Assembly: GCA_964453135.1 (NCBI GenBank)
Contig: CAYVOL010000001.1
Location: forward strand, 24,895-88,894
DNA: 64,000 nt
From: an uncultured Candidatus Saccharibacteria bacterium
GTDB taxonomy: Bacteria > Patescibacteriota > Minisyncoccia > UBA6257 > UBA9933
Direction of reading: 5' to 3'
Both the position numbers and the translations under genes were made by a program. This document shows positions 8,253 through 18,412 of this stretch, in pieces (within the stretch, counting starts at the first letter, position 1; every line of letters begins with the position of its first letter). The notes below the pieces were generated by a model. That model was not told where the DNA came from. It ran no database searches and saw only the letters and a program-made list of their open reading frames with translations.

Positions 8253-8366
8253 TCCCCTCCTCCTTTCTTGTTTTAATATATATAATTGTGAAGAGCAATA
8301 TTGACGATCAGATGAATCGCCAAAGCACTATCTTTTTACCATAATTTTACTAACTTGTCAAAAAAA

Positions 8367-9053
8367 TTAGTTATTGATTACGAGGGGCACGAAACTGAAC
8401 CCGAAATACTCTCTCCGGCGATAATCATCTTGGGAAATTTTATCTATCACCGCGATGCTGTTTCCCACCGGCGCCACAATTCTGCCGCCGATTTTCAACT
8501 GCTTTTTCCATGCTTCCGGAATATCTCCTTCGGCGGCCGCTCCGGCGATAATTTTGTCAAAAGGCGCTTCGCTTTGATACCCCTTGGAGCCGTCGCCTAA
8601 AATTACCTGGACCGCTCCCGAACTGACGAATTTATAATGCTCAATGTTTTGCTCCGCTTTTTTCTTAAGTTCCGCAATGCGCTCAATGGCAATGATTTTA
8701 CCGGATTGGCCGCTGTTTCCCCCGTTGTCTTTTTCAGAATTTGTATTGGCAGGCGCTTTGCTTACAATGTGCGCCAAAAGAGCAGAGGTCCAACCCGAAC
8801 CGCAGCCGATATCTAAAATTTTTTCTCCCTTTTTCGGCTGAAGAAGTTCCAACATAAAAGCCACGGTCAGCGGCTGAGAAATGGTCTGGCCAAAGCCAAT
8901 GGGCAAAGGAGCATTGATGTGCGCCTGGCCGTGATACCCTTCGGAAACAAAATAATGCCGGTCAATCGCCCGGAACGCCTCTATGATATCGGCGCTTTTC
9001 AAGTAGCCGTCTTTAATCAACCCGTTAATTAAATTTTCACTTGTCTGGTCCAT
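8367..9053 (-). CDS. pcm: Protein-L-isoaspartate O-methyltransferase
   Basis: PLPIGFGQTISQP, LDIGCGSGW, APFDKI, QLKIGGRIVAPVG, FSFVPL. Confidence 0.95.
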   Translation of the reverse strand: MDQTSENLINGLIKDGYLKSADIIEAFRAIDRHYFVSEGYHGQAHINAPLPIGFGQTISQPLTVAFMLELLQPKKGEKILDIGCGSGWTSALLAHIVSKAPANTNSEKDNGGNSGQSGKIIAIERIAELKKKAEQNIEHYKFVSSGAVQVILGDGSKGYQSEAPFDKIIAGAAAEGDIPEAWKKQLKIGGRIVAPVGNSIAVIDKISQDDYRRREYFGFSFVPLVINN

Positions 9054-9290
9054 AAAAACTCAGAACTTGGATCTTAAAACTTAAAACGTATATTCTATTA
9101 TACCAAAGTTGACAACCCAAGAAAAGAAAGTTAACATTTTAATTGGTCTTGCAACAACTAAAATAACATTTTAAGCACGAGGAAAAGGAGGTGATGAATT
9201 TGGTTGTTTCTTGTTAAATATAGAGAAAGAGATTGGACATTCGCGAACGAAAAACAAAAAGCGGAACAATCACGGACAAGGAGATGGCCA

Positions 9291-9803
9291 ATGGAGATGG
9301 GCGATGCGTCAGCAATGCCACCAGGAAGTGAAAAAGAGCTGTGCTGCAATCCCGATGTAGCGATCGTCCGAGAGCGTCTATCAGCCCTGCTGAAGTACAA
9401 ATCTAAGACACCAATACTATTCTCTCTGCAACCAGTGGGCAACAAATTCCGATTTGCCATAAGATCACTGCGCGCCAACAACCTCGGTATCCCACCGAGA
9501 ATAGTGGCAAGAAGACTTTGCGACATCTCTGTCCAAGTGGCCAAGCATTTACTTCCCGAATACCATCACGAGGACCCCGAATTCCTCGTTGTTCGCAGAA
9601 ATTTAATGGCAATGCTGAGCAAAAAGATTCAGGAACCGGTAATAACGCTCGGCAGGATAGAAAATAAGTTCCTGCTGTTCATACACAACGTGAACCTGGA
9701 AATTCCGTCGGGAATAGTAGTAGCGGATAGTCTTTGGGGCATTTACATTCAGGCGGCCCAACATCTGTTTCCCGATGAAGGCCTCCAACCTGCCCTCGCC
9801 TAA
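9291..9803 (+). CDS. Hypothetical protein built from two about 75-aa repeats (ORF open from 9204)
   Basis: SD AAGGAG 7 nt before ATG 9291; TTGACA-17-TAACAT promoter at 9109-9137; downstream hairpin. Confidence 0.65.
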   Translation: MEMGDASAMPPGSEKELCCNPDVAIVRERLSALLKYKSKTPILFSLQPVGNKFRFAIRSLRANNLGIPPRIVARRLCDISVQVAKHLLPEYHHEDPEFLVVRRNLMAMLSKKIQEPVITLGRIENKFLLFIHNVNLEIPSGIVVADSLWGIYIQAAQHLFPDEGLQPALA

Positions 9804-9838
9804 CCAGCGCGCCAACTATATTTCTTTACCCCCCTTCC

Positions 9839-9870
9839 AAGCCCCTCTCCACAACAACGGAGAGGGGCTT
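9839..9870 (+). terminator. Intrinsic terminator
   Basis: aagcccctctcc / ggagaggggctt followed by a T-rich tract. Confidence 0.75.
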
Positions 9871-9884
9871 TGTTTTTTATTGAA

Positions 9885-10337
9885 TTATAATTCTTGCCGC
9901 TTTAAGAAAATCGCCAAAGCGTTAAACAGCAAAAAGCCGAAAAGCAAATTATAAAAAATTTCTTTGGCCAACAAAGGAGTTAAGATCAGGGAAGGAAAAG
10001 TAAAAAGGTAGAGAGAAAAAGTGAAAAGAGAAATTAAAAATAAGCCGCTGACAGCGGGATGCCAGGGAAGATATTTTTTGACAACCACAGCGGCAAGCGC
10101 TAACAAAGAGAAAATAAGCAGTTCTTTTTCAGCAGAGGGGGAAAATTTAATAAGGAAAGCAATTAAAGAGACAAAAAACAAACTTTCCCAAAAATCGGCG
10201 GTAAAAAAAAGAATGGAAACCAAAGCAACCAAAGGCAGATTTGGCTTCGATCCCCAAAACGGAGGAATTATAAATTGCGCTAGCGAGAAGGCAACCGACA
10301 CGAATAATAAAATAATAAAACGATAATAATTTCTCAT
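9885..10337 (-). CDS. Polytopic membrane protein, possibly MreD-like
   Basis: About 5 TM segments; KPNLPLVAL resembles the MreD PD/N-L motif; 4-nt overlap with the dnaJ stop. Confidence 0.55.
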   Translation of the reverse strand: MRNYYRFIILLFVSVAFSLAQFIIPPFWGSKPNLPLVALVSILFFTADFWESLFFVSLIAFLIKFSPSAEKELLIFSLLALAAVVVKKYLPWHPAVSGLFLISLFTFSLYLFTFPSLILTPLLAKEIFYNLLFGFLLFNALAIFLKRQEL

Positions 10338-11455
10338 TCCATTTCTTCTCCCAGATCTTTAAACAATTGTTTGGCTTTATGGCTGATTTTTTTGGGAGTT
10401 TTCACGCTAACAATGACAATTAAATCTCCCCGGCCCGAACGGTTAAAACGCGGCATTCCTTCGCCGTGAATTTTCAGCGGCTCGCCCAAAGTAAAATCAG
10501 GGGGCAGGGAAATTTTTAGAACATTTCCGGAAAGATGCGGAATTTCCAGTTTATGAGATTCATCGGACAGAAGACGCAACAGTTCCGACAAGGGAATATT
10601 TTTACGGATGATTAAATCGTCTCCCTGGCGGACAAATTCTTTGTGCGGCTTAACGGTTATTCTTACGAAGAGGTCGCCCGCGCCGGTGCCGCGCTCGCCT
10701 GCTTCTCCTTTTTCTTTTACCTGAATAATCTGTCCGGCGGCAATGCCCGGAATGATTTTTATTTTGACAACAACTTCGGCCATCATTCTTCCTTTCCCCT
10801 GGCAGGCATCGCAATTTTTCTTGGCGATTTTGCCAGAGCCATGGCAATTGGCGCATTCTCTTACTTCGGAGAAAGAACCGAAAAAAGTGCTTCGTTTTTC
10901 CCGAATCTCTCCTTTACCTCCGCAAACCTCGCACTGATGAAGCCCGGCAGAGGAATCATAACCAAGACCTTTGCACTTTTCGCATTTTACGTAAGTCCGA
11001 TAGTGCAATTCTTTCTCCGCGCCCTTAAAAGCTTCTTCTAAAGTAATTTCTAAAATTGCCTCAATGTCAGCTCCGGCGCGGCGGGTTTTTTCTCGTGTCC
11101 GCGCAGAGCCCGCGCCGCCCATTCCGCGGAAAAACATTTCTATCACATCGTCCAAATTGCCGAAGTTAACATTTTCCTCGCCGCCGAGATCGCCAAAATC
11201 AAACCCAAAGCCGAAAGGACTCCCGCCCGCGCCGAAACCGCCGGCGCCTTGGTCAAATGTCCGGCCGTATTTATCGTATTGCGCTCTTTTGTTTTTATCC
11301 GACAGCACCTGATAGGCTTCGTTGATTTCTTTGAATTTTTTTTCATCGCCTCCGGATTTGTCCGGATGATATTTGTGCGCCAGCTTACGAAAAGCTTTTT
11401 TAATTTCTTCTTCCGAAGCGTTCTTCGGAACGCCCAGAATTTCGTAATAATTCAT
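10334..11455 (-). CDS. dnaJ: Chaperone DnaJ
   Basis: J-domain HPD, G/F region, four CxxCxGxG repeats. Confidence 0.97.
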   Translation of the reverse strand: MNYYEILGVPKNASEEEIKKAFRKLAHKYHPDKSGGDEKKFKEINEAYQVLSDKNKRAQYDKYGRTFDQGAGGFGAGGSPFGFGFDFGDLGGEENVNFGNLDDVIEMFFRGMGGAGSARTREKTRRAGADIEAILEITLEEAFKGAEKELHYRTYVKCEKCKGLGYDSSAGLHQCEVCGGKGEIREKRSTFFGSFSEVRECANCHGSGKIAKKNCDACQGKGRMMAEVVVKIKIIPGIAAGQIIQVKEKGEAGERGTGAGDLFVRITVKPHKEFVRQGDDLIIRKNIPLSELLRLLSDESHKLEIPHLSGNVLKISLPPDFTLGEPLKIHGEGMPRFNRSGRGDLIVIVSVKTPKKISHKAKQLFKDLGEEME

Positions 11456-11539
11456 CTTTTAATAAACTAGAATGCCAAAACTCAACCCAAATTATCATTT
11501 TGCATTTTGAGGCCTGAAATTTCAATTTATATTATTATA

Positions 11540-11817
11540 TATAAGATTTCATGGCCTTGTTTATGCTTTGCATCGTTGTTTTTTATTATTATTCTGCTTT
11601 ATTGCTATCCTGAACGTCTTTGTCATCTTGAGTTTTTTGTTTGTCATCCTGAGTCCCGCTTAGCGGGACGAAGGATCTCGTAAGATTCTTCTCCGCCAGT
11701 TGGCGGAGCCGGTTGGCGAATCAGAATGACAGAGGGTCGGAACTCATAATGACAGGGGGCTATCGGGAACAAAAATAGTCAATGTTTTGAACGTAAACAA
11801 CGCTATGAAATCTTACA
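11540..11817. mobile_element. Putative MITE-like unit enclosing a REP doublet
   Basis: Imperfect about 25-bp inverted ends (tataagatttcatggccttgtttatg / cgtaaacaacgctatgaaatcttaca), each flanked by TATTATA; REP doublet at 11642-11731. Confidence 0.5.
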
Positions 11818-11826
11818 TATTATATC

Positions 11827-12858
11827 TTACACAATCACTTTTTCTTTAGGCCTGTCCACTATCTGAATATGGGAAAAATTGCTCATCAAAAGAATCTGAT
11901 AAACGATAAAAGCAAGGAAGGCTATGACTCCGCGGAGAATAAAAGCCATACTTTCAATGCTTAAAAATATGATTGCTCCGAAAACGGCGTAAATAATATC
12001 TTTAACCGGCTGGGAAAGCCCGAAAAATTTTCCCTTCGCCGCTTCGTAGATAAAAGACGGCAGGGTTAATTTGGGATTAACCGGCGCTCCGACCAAATCG
12101 GATATTTTTTTATACAATTCCTTGCTGCTTTCTTTAATAAGCGACTCCTTGACAGCCGGCGGCAGGGCTTTGCTGTTCGCCTGGCTATTGATAGTGTTTT
12201 CAGCCGAATGGCGCGCCCATTCTTCCAGGGTTACAGACGAATTGAAATCAGGCACCCACTGCCCGATGATGCCGGAAGCGGAAGAAAACGCACTTTCAAA
12301 GAATATCTGGGGAATGAAAAAATCTGAATTTTTTTGCCGGTACGACAAAGGAACAGCCGCGGCAATCACCAAAGAAACAGCCAGAATTCCTTTAGGCAAA
12401 ACCAGACGGCTGATTTGATTAAAATTAATCCTCAGCGAATTGCTAATCCACTTGGCGCCGCTTCGATTTCCGTAAACAAGCACGAAAAAAACGATAAAAA
12501 TAAAAGCGGCGGCTGGCCAATAAAAGTTGCCGACAAACAGCGGAGCGGTCATCGCCAAAGCCTGAGCGAAATTAATCAAGCCGACTTCCGTTTCATCTTC
12601 AATAAACAAGCTTTCCAATAAATACAAAACAAGAAATAAAACGGCAAAGACGGCGCTGTACACGAAAGCCGTTAAATCCCGGCTGTTTACGGCGACCTCT
12701 AAATACCAGCTAAACAAAAAAGCGAAGAGAGCGGAAACAAGGCAAAAAATTCCCAGCTTAAGAGAAAAAATCGTGTTGGTAGTATTGTAATGGGAAACGT
12801 TCTTGGGGACAGTCAGCGTTTCAGACTTATTCAGTATGAGGCGGGGCGGTATTTCCAT
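11827..12858 (-). CDS. Conserved-type polytopic membrane protein of unknown function (likely start MEIPPR at 12858)
   Basis: 6-7 TM segments plus a soluble loop; lies between dnaK and dnaJ; the longer ORF-track start overlaps dnaK by 116 nt. Confidence 0.7.
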   Translation of the reverse strand: MEIPPRLILNKSETLTVPKNVSHYNTTNTIFSLKLGIFCLVSALFAFLFSWYLEVAVNSRDLTAFVYSAVFAVLFLVLYLLESLFIEDETEVGLINFAQALAMTAPLFVGNFYWPAAAFIFIVFFVLVYGNRSGAKWISNSLRINFNQISRLVLPKGILAVSLVIAAAVPLSYRQKNSDFFIPQIFFESAFSSASGIIGQWVPDFNSSVTLEEWARHSAENTINSQANSKALPPAVKESLIKESSKELYKKISDLVGAPVNPKLTLPSFIYEAAKGKFFGLSQPVKDIIYAVFGAIIFLSIESMAFILRGVIAFLAFIVYQILLMSNFSHIQIVDRPKEKVIV

Positions 12859-14665
12859 CGTTACTTTGATTATACATCGCTTGCCCGATTTTTTGAAGTT
12901 CTTGGGAAAGCTCTTCCATTTTTGACTTAATGGCTTCCGCATCGCCGCTTTCTTTAAGGGACTTCAATTCGCTTATTTTTGCTTCAATACTGCTTTTAAC
13001 ATCGCCAGCCACTTTGTCTCCGGCTTCTCTTAATGATTTCTCCGCTAGATAAATCATCTGCTCGGCCTGATTTTTAAGTTCCACCAATTCTTTTTTCTTT
13101 TTGTCTTCTTCGGCATGAAGTCCGGCTTCGGTTTTTAATTTTTCAATTTCTTCCTTGGAGAGCTGGGTGGAAGCTTCAATTTTAACGGACTGCGTTTTGC
13201 CAGAGGCCTTATCTTTAGCGGAAACATTCAATATGCCGTTGGCGTCAATGTCAAAAGTCACCTCAATCTGCGGAATCCCCCGAGGAGAAGGAGGAACGCC
13301 GTCCAAGATAAATCTTCCCAAAGTTTTATTGTCGCTCGCCATGGCGCGTTCTCCCTGCAAGATATGAATTTCCACAGAAGTCTGGTTGTCCGCGGCCGTG
13401 GAAAACGTCTGCGATTTCTGCGTGGGGATAGTCGTGTTTTTTTCTATCAGCGGAGTAAACACTCCTCCCAATGTTTCAATGCCCAGAGAAAGCGGAATAA
13501 CATCCAAAAGCAAAACGTCTTTCACATCCCCTTGGAAAATTCCGGCTTGCACCGCCGCGCCCACAGCCACCACTTCATCGGGATTGATTCCCCGGTGCGG
13601 CTCTTTGCCGAACAAATTTTTTACCGCTTCCTGAATTTTCGGCATCCTGGTTTGCCCTCCCACTAAAATGATTTCATTGATATCAGAAAGCTGGAAGCCG
13701 GCTTCCTTGACGATTTTTTCCGTAATTTCAACGGAACGCTTAATAAATCCTTCGGTTAATTCCTCTAATTTAGCGCGGGTTAATTTTATCAGAAAATGTT
13801 TGGGACCGGCCGCGTCGGAAGTAATATAGGGAAGATTGATTTCCGTTTCAAAAGCAGTGGAAAGCTCGTGCTTGGCGCGCTCCGCCGCTTCTTTCAGGCG
13901 CTGCAAGGCCAGAGGGTCGCCGGACAAATTAACGCCTTCCTGTTTTTTGTATTCGGCGACAAGATATTCAATCAAATTTTTATCCAAATCATCTCCGCCC
14001 AAATGCGTGTCGCCGCCCGTGGCTTTCACTTCCACCACGTCATCGCCGATTTCCAAAACAGAAACGTCAAAAGTGCCTCCGCCAAAGTCATAAACGACAA
14101 TCTTTTCGTTTTTCTGCCTATTGAGCCCGTAAGCCAAAGCCGCGGCTGTCGGTTCATTAATAATTCTTCTCACTTTAAATCCGGCGATTTCTCCGGCATT
14201 TTTCGTAGCTTGCCTTTGGGAATCGTCAAAATAAGCGGGCACGGTGATAACCGCTTCTTCAATTTTTTCTCCCAGTTTCGCTTCGGCGTCGGTTTTTAAT
14301 TTCGCCAAAATCATAGCCGAAATTTCTTCCGGCTTGTACCAGCGGTCTCCCATTTTTACTTCCACTCCGCCCGAGGAAGAACTATTGATATCGTAAGGAA
14401 GCCACGCCTTGTCGCGCTGAACTTCCGGGTCATCAAACTTTCTGCCAATCAAACGTTTAACGGAAAAAATAGTGTTTTTCGGGTTGACCACGGACTGCCT
14501 TTTTGCCAGCATACCCGCCAGCCTTTCCCCCGCTTTGCTGACAGCCACAATGGAAGGGGTGGTGCGCGCTCCTTCGTGATTTTCTAAAATTTTCGGCTCT
14601 CCGCCTTCCACGACAGCCATGGCGGAGTTGGTAGTGCCTAAATCAATGCCAATTATCTTTGCCAT
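12827..14665 (-). CDS. dnaK: Chaperone DnaK
   Basis: [29 protein letters not shown]. Confidence 0.98.
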   Translation of the reverse strand: MAKIIGIDLGTTNSAMAVVEGGEPKILENHEGARTTPSIVAVSKAGERLAGMLAKRQSVVNPKNTIFSVKRLIGRKFDDPEVQRDKAWLPYDINSSSSGGVEVKMGDRWYKPEEISAMILAKLKTDAEAKLGEKIEEAVITVPAYFDDSQRQATKNAGEIAGFKVRRIINEPTAAALAYGLNRQKNEKIVVYDFGGGTFDVSVLEIGDDVVEVKATGGDTHLGGDDLDKNLIEYLVAEYKKQEGVNLSGDPLALQRLKEAAERAKHELSTAFETEINLPYITSDAAGPKHFLIKLTRAKLEELTEGFIKRSVEITEKIVKEAGFQLSDINEIILVGGQTRMPKIQEAVKNLFGKEPHRGINPDEVVAVGAAVQAGIFQGDVKDVLLLDVIPLSLGIETLGGVFTPLIEKNTTIPTQKSQTFSTAADNQTSVEIHILQGERAMASDNKTLGRFILDGVPPSPRGIPQIEVTFDIDANGILNVSAKDKASGKTQSVKIEASTQLSKEEIEKLKTEAGLHAEEDKKKKELVELKNQAEQMIYLAEKSLREAGDKVAGDVKSSIEAKISELKSLKESGDAEAIKSKMEELSQELQKIGQAMYNQSNDGNTAPPHTE

Positions 14666-14767
14666 ACAATTTCTAAAATTTAAGAATTAGAATTCGGGAT
14701 TCAGAATTTAGGATTTGGGAAATTAAATCTCAATTCTAACTGCCGAATACTAATTCCCTTTTTATCT

Positions 14768-15265
14768 TTATTTCGCCACTTTTACTCTCGCGGGCCTGAT
14801 GAGTTTGCCGTGTAGCAAATATCCTCTTTCAATTTCTTCTATTATTGTGCCCGATGGCTTATCCGACTCTATTTCCGCGACTGCTTCCTGCAAAGAAGGA
14901 TCAAACGGATGGTCTATGGAAATGATTACTTTTTCCAGCCCGTAATTTTTCAAAACATCTTCCAGCTGGGATTTGATAAGATAAATTCCCTTTTCCGCTT
15001 TGCCTTCTTTTTCCAGAGTTATTAATGCCAGGTCAAAACTATCCAAAACAGCGATTAGTTCGCGGATAATTTGTTCATTGGCAAATTGAGATAGCGTTTC
15101 AAAACGTTTGGCTTCGTCTTTTTTATAGTTAATTATCTCGGCCCGCGCTCTTTGCCAGCCGTCCAAATATTCCGCCCTCTCTTTCTGACATCGGGCAAGT
15201 TCGTCCGATTCCCCGCTGCTGTTTGGCTGACCGGCCGCCTCGCCGTTTTTTGTGTTTTCATCCAT
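14768..15265 (-). CDS. grpE: Nucleotide exchange factor GrpE
   Basis: WQRARAEIINYKK, FDPSLQEAV, GYLLHGKLIRPARVKV. Confidence 0.96.
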   Translation of the reverse strand: MDENTKNGEAAGQPNSSGESDELARCQKERAEYLDGWQRARAEIINYKKDEAKRFETLSQFANEQIIRELIAVLDSFDLALITLEKEGKAEKGIYLIKSQLEDVLKNYGLEKVIISIDHPFDPSLQEAVAEIESDKPSGTIIEEIERGYLLHGKLIRPARVKVAK

Positions 15266-15314
15266 AACTTATAAATATAAAAATAAATTTTTTGTTGTCA
15301 ACCCCACAATGGGG

Positions 15315-15953
15315 TCAGTCGTTGGCGGTTGCGCGCGCCTCGGCATTTTTATAGCGCCAATACAGCCAATAAACGGCTGTCCCAAAAACCATCGCAACAA
15401 TCAGATAATCAAAGCGGTGGAAATAAACAGCCAAAACATTCCAGTTGCTTCCCAAAATGACTCCTGTTTCCGTCAAAATAAGACACCAAAAGAAAGAACC
15501 AAGGAAAGTTAAAAGGGAAAATCTTGCCAGATCAATTTTCATTATTCCGGCGGGAAAGGAAATAAAAGTACGCGCCACGGGCAACAAGCGGCTGGCAAAA
15601 ACAGCGACGTCTCCCCACTTGTCAAGCCATTCCCTCCCCCGTTCCGCTTCCTGGTTTATTTTGTGATTATTCCACTTCAAAACATTGCGGCTCGCTAAAC
15701 TTCCGAGCCAATACGAAAACAGCGAGCCGGCAAGATTCCCGAAAGCGCCGGCTAAAACAACAAGCCAGAAATTAAATCCGCCGGCCGGCAAACCGCCGAA
15801 AGCAGAGGCGGAAGAAATCAAAAAACCGGAAAACGGCATTATTATTTCCGAAGGAACCGGGATGTTAGCAGACTCCAAAGCCATTAAAACAAAAATTCCG
15901 AAATATCCGCTGGCGGCTATGATTTTCAAAACAAATTGAGCGATAATTTCCAT
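15315..15953 (-). CDS. DedA family membrane protein
   Basis: ESANIPVPSEIIMPFSGF, SRLLPVARTFISFPAG. Confidence 0.92.
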   Translation of the reverse strand: MEIIAQFVLKIIAASGYFGIFVLMALESANIPVPSEIIMPFSGFLISSASAFGGLPAGGFNFWLVVLAGAFGNLAGSLFSYWLGSLASRNVLKWNNHKINQEAERGREWLDKWGDVAVFASRLLPVARTFISFPAGIMKIDLARFSLLTFLGSFFWCLILTETGVILGSNWNVLAVYFHRFDYLIVAMVFGTAVYWLYWRYKNAEARATAND

Positions 15954-16008
15954 AGGTTAAGTATCAAGTATCAGGTATCAGGTATTAAATATTTAATGCG
16001 AAAGGGGG

Positions 16009-17007
16009 CTATCTTAAAATTTTGGCGGCGTAATCCGGGTCAATGGAATTGATGTCAATGCCGGTGCCCAGCTCAAAGCCGCCGGGGGTGCTGAATTTCG
16101 GCAGAATTTCAATGTGCCAGTGATAATGCCGGTACTTTTTCTTGTCACGCAAAGGCGAAGTGTGGATATAAAAATTATAATCCGGGTCATTAAGCTTGCT
16201 TTCCATTTTTTTCAAAGATTTTTGCAAAGCTTCCACGACACCGGCCATAACATCGGAAGAAGTATCTTCAAAATAAGGAAGGTGTTTTTTGGGAAAAATC
16301 CTTAATTCAAACGAGGCGCGAGAGACAAACGGAGCGAACACCGCGGCGAATTTATTTTCGTAAACAATTCTCTTTTTTTCTTTCAGCTCCCAGTCAAGCA
16401 TCGCGCAATGCACGCATTTTTTGTGTTTGGCGTAATAGTCAGCCGACCCTTGCAAAGAATGCTCCACGTCCGGCGGCACAATGGGCAAAGCGATTATCTG
16501 ATAGTGCGGATGATAAACGCTGGCGCCGGCTCTCGGCCCCCAGCTGTGAAAAATAGAGGCATAATTCAGACAATAATCGTTGGCTAAAATTTTATAATAA
16601 TCCGCGAAAGCCTTGAAAACCAGATTGGCTGTTTTTTTGCTGAGCCGCGGAAAATTGTCGTGATGATGGCGAGTGATGACTAAATTATGATGGCCGATGC
16701 CGTCCATCACCGAATAAGGTCCTTTCTTTCCTGTTTGGGCGCAAACATTAATATGAGTGAAGGCCGGATATTTATTTTCTATAACCACCACTTCCCAGTC
16801 ATGGGAATTCTGATATTTCAATACCGGCGGATGATGGCCGCTTTTTTCTAAATTTTCAAAAGGGCATTCTTTAACCGGAGTTTTAATCCGCTTTGTCCTT
16901 TTGCCAGCGGTAAGCTGATTCGGTTTTTTGGCTCGTCCCGGAGCGATGACAATCCAATCGCCGGAAACGATATCTTGGCGAAATTCGCTGTCCATAAAAA
17001 AATTCAA
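16009..17007 (-). CDS. galT: Galactose-1-phosphate uridylyltransferase family (start may be 16995)
   Basis: CPFE, NKYPAF, AGASVYHPHYQ (HxHxQ), HWHIEILP, GGFELGTG. Confidence 0.9.
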   Translation of the reverse strand: MNFFMDSEFRQDIVSGDWIVIAPGRAKKPNQLTAGKRTKRIKTPVKECPFENLEKSGHHPPVLKYQNSHDWEVVVIENKYPAFTHINVCAQTGKKGPYSVMDGIGHHNLVITRHHHDNFPRLSKKTANLVFKAFADYYKILANDYCLNYASIFHSWGPRAGASVYHPHYQIIALPIVPPDVEHSLQGSADYYAKHKKCVHCAMLDWELKEKKRIVYENKFAAVFAPFVSRASFELRIFPKKHLPYFEDTSSDVMAGVVEALQKSLKKMESKLNDPDYNFYIHTSPLRDKKKYRHYHWHIEILPKFSTPGGFELGTGIDINSIDPDYAAKILR

Positions 17008-17138
17008 ATCTCAAAACGCAAAACTCAAAATCATAACCTTAAAATCTCTACTAATCGAAAAGACTAATTTAGTTTCAAAGTTTTAAGTTTCAATTTTGAC
17101 ATTTGATTAAGATAATTATGCGTAGATAATCAACCTGC

Positions 17139-18386
17139 TTATTTGATATCAATGAGTTTTAAAATTTCCTTCGCGTTAACTAATTTTACTTCCGAGGAAT
17201 TCCTTTTTTTAATTTCAATTTTATCCCCTGTTTTATCGCTCACCACCAGCCGCCAAGGAATTCCGATTAAATCCGCGTCGGCGAATTTTTCTCCGGCGGT
17301 CGCGTCCAACCGGTCGTCATATAATACTTCAATTCCGGCTTTATGCCAATTATCATAAATTTTTTTAGCAAATTCTCTGACTTCCGGTTTGGAACTTTTA
17401 ATTTCTACGAGATGCGCCTGAAACGGCGCCACTGACAACGGCCAGATAATTCCCCGTTCATCGTTATGGACCTCCGCAATCGTTCCCATCAAACGATTTA
17501 TTCCTATTCCATAACAGCCCATCATCACGTCTTGTTTTTCTCCTTTCTCGTCCCGATACTTCAAATTAAACGGCGCGGAGTATTTTGTTTTTAACTTAAA
17601 AATGTTTCCCACCTCAATCGCTTTTTCCTCTTTCAATTTTTCATTCCCGCATTGAGGACATGCCTTTTGATCTTTGATAATCTCTTTATTGACGGCAACG
17701 CGGCATTTGGAACATAAATAAATAATATCTTCTCCAGCCGGAGTCAGTGTCTGAAATTCATGGGAGTATTTCGCGAATGTTCCGCCGGAAGCGAAAGTTA
17801 AATAGGTCAAATCAGCGATGCCGGTTCTTTGAAAAATCTTGAAATAAACGGCCTTCACTTTTTCGTAATAATCATCCAGGTCGCTTTCGTTTTTGTGGAA
17901 AGAATACAAATCTTTCATCAAAAATTCCCGGCCGCGCAAAATGCCCGATTTCACCCGTTTTTCGTCGCGAAATTTATTTTGAATTTGGAAAACATATTGC
18001 GGCAAATCTTTATAAGAAGAAATAAACTTCGCCATCAAAGGAGAAACGATTTCCTCGTGCGTAGGCGAAAGCGCGTATTCGTTTTTAGAATAAAAACTCT
18101 TGAACTTGAAAAGAGAATCGTAGGTTTCCCAGCGTCCGGTCTCTTGCCAGTTTGCTTTCGGATGGAGAGAGGGCATCAGGATTTCCCGACCGCCGACGTT
18201 AATCATTTCCTCTCGGATGATGTTTTCAATTTTTTTCAAAACGAGGAATCCCAGGGGCAGAAAAGTGTAAACGCCGGCCATCAATTTATCAATAAACCCG
18301 GCCTGGATTAAAAGCCGGGCATTTCTCGCTTCCTCGTCTTTAGGAAATTCCCGTTTTGTTTTAGAAAAAAGTTGGGATTGAAGCAT
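17139..18386 (-). CDS. proS: Proline--tRNA ligase, short form without editing domain
   Basis: PTHEE, KFRDEKR..SGILRGREFLMKDLYSF, IEVGNIFKL, MGCYGIG. Confidence 0.96.
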   Translation of the reverse strand: MLQSQLFSKTKREFPKDEEARNARLLIQAGFIDKLMAGVYTFLPLGFLVLKKIENIIREEMINVGGREILMPSLHPKANWQETGRWETYDSLFKFKSFYSKNEYALSPTHEEIVSPLMAKFISSYKDLPQYVFQIQNKFRDEKRVKSGILRGREFLMKDLYSFHKNESDLDDYYEKVKAVYFKIFQRTGIADLTYLTFASGGTFAKYSHEFQTLTPAGEDIIYLCSKCRVAVNKEIIKDQKACPQCGNEKLKEEKAIEVGNIFKLKTKYSAPFNLKYRDEKGEKQDVMMGCYGIGINRLMGTIAEVHNDERGIIWPLSVAPFQAHLVEIKSSKPEVREFAKKIYDNWHKAGIEVLYDDRLDATAGEKFADADLIGIPWRLVVSDKTGDKIEIKKRNSSEVKLVNAKEILKLIDIK

Positions 18387-18412
18387 AAAAATTCATAAAA
18401 ATTGCATAAAGA

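Noticed and set aside
12827-12942. Long dnaK overlap as a dual-coding region
   Set aside because: Using ATG 12858 reduces it to 32 nt over the low-constraint DnaK tail; ordinary for compact genomes.
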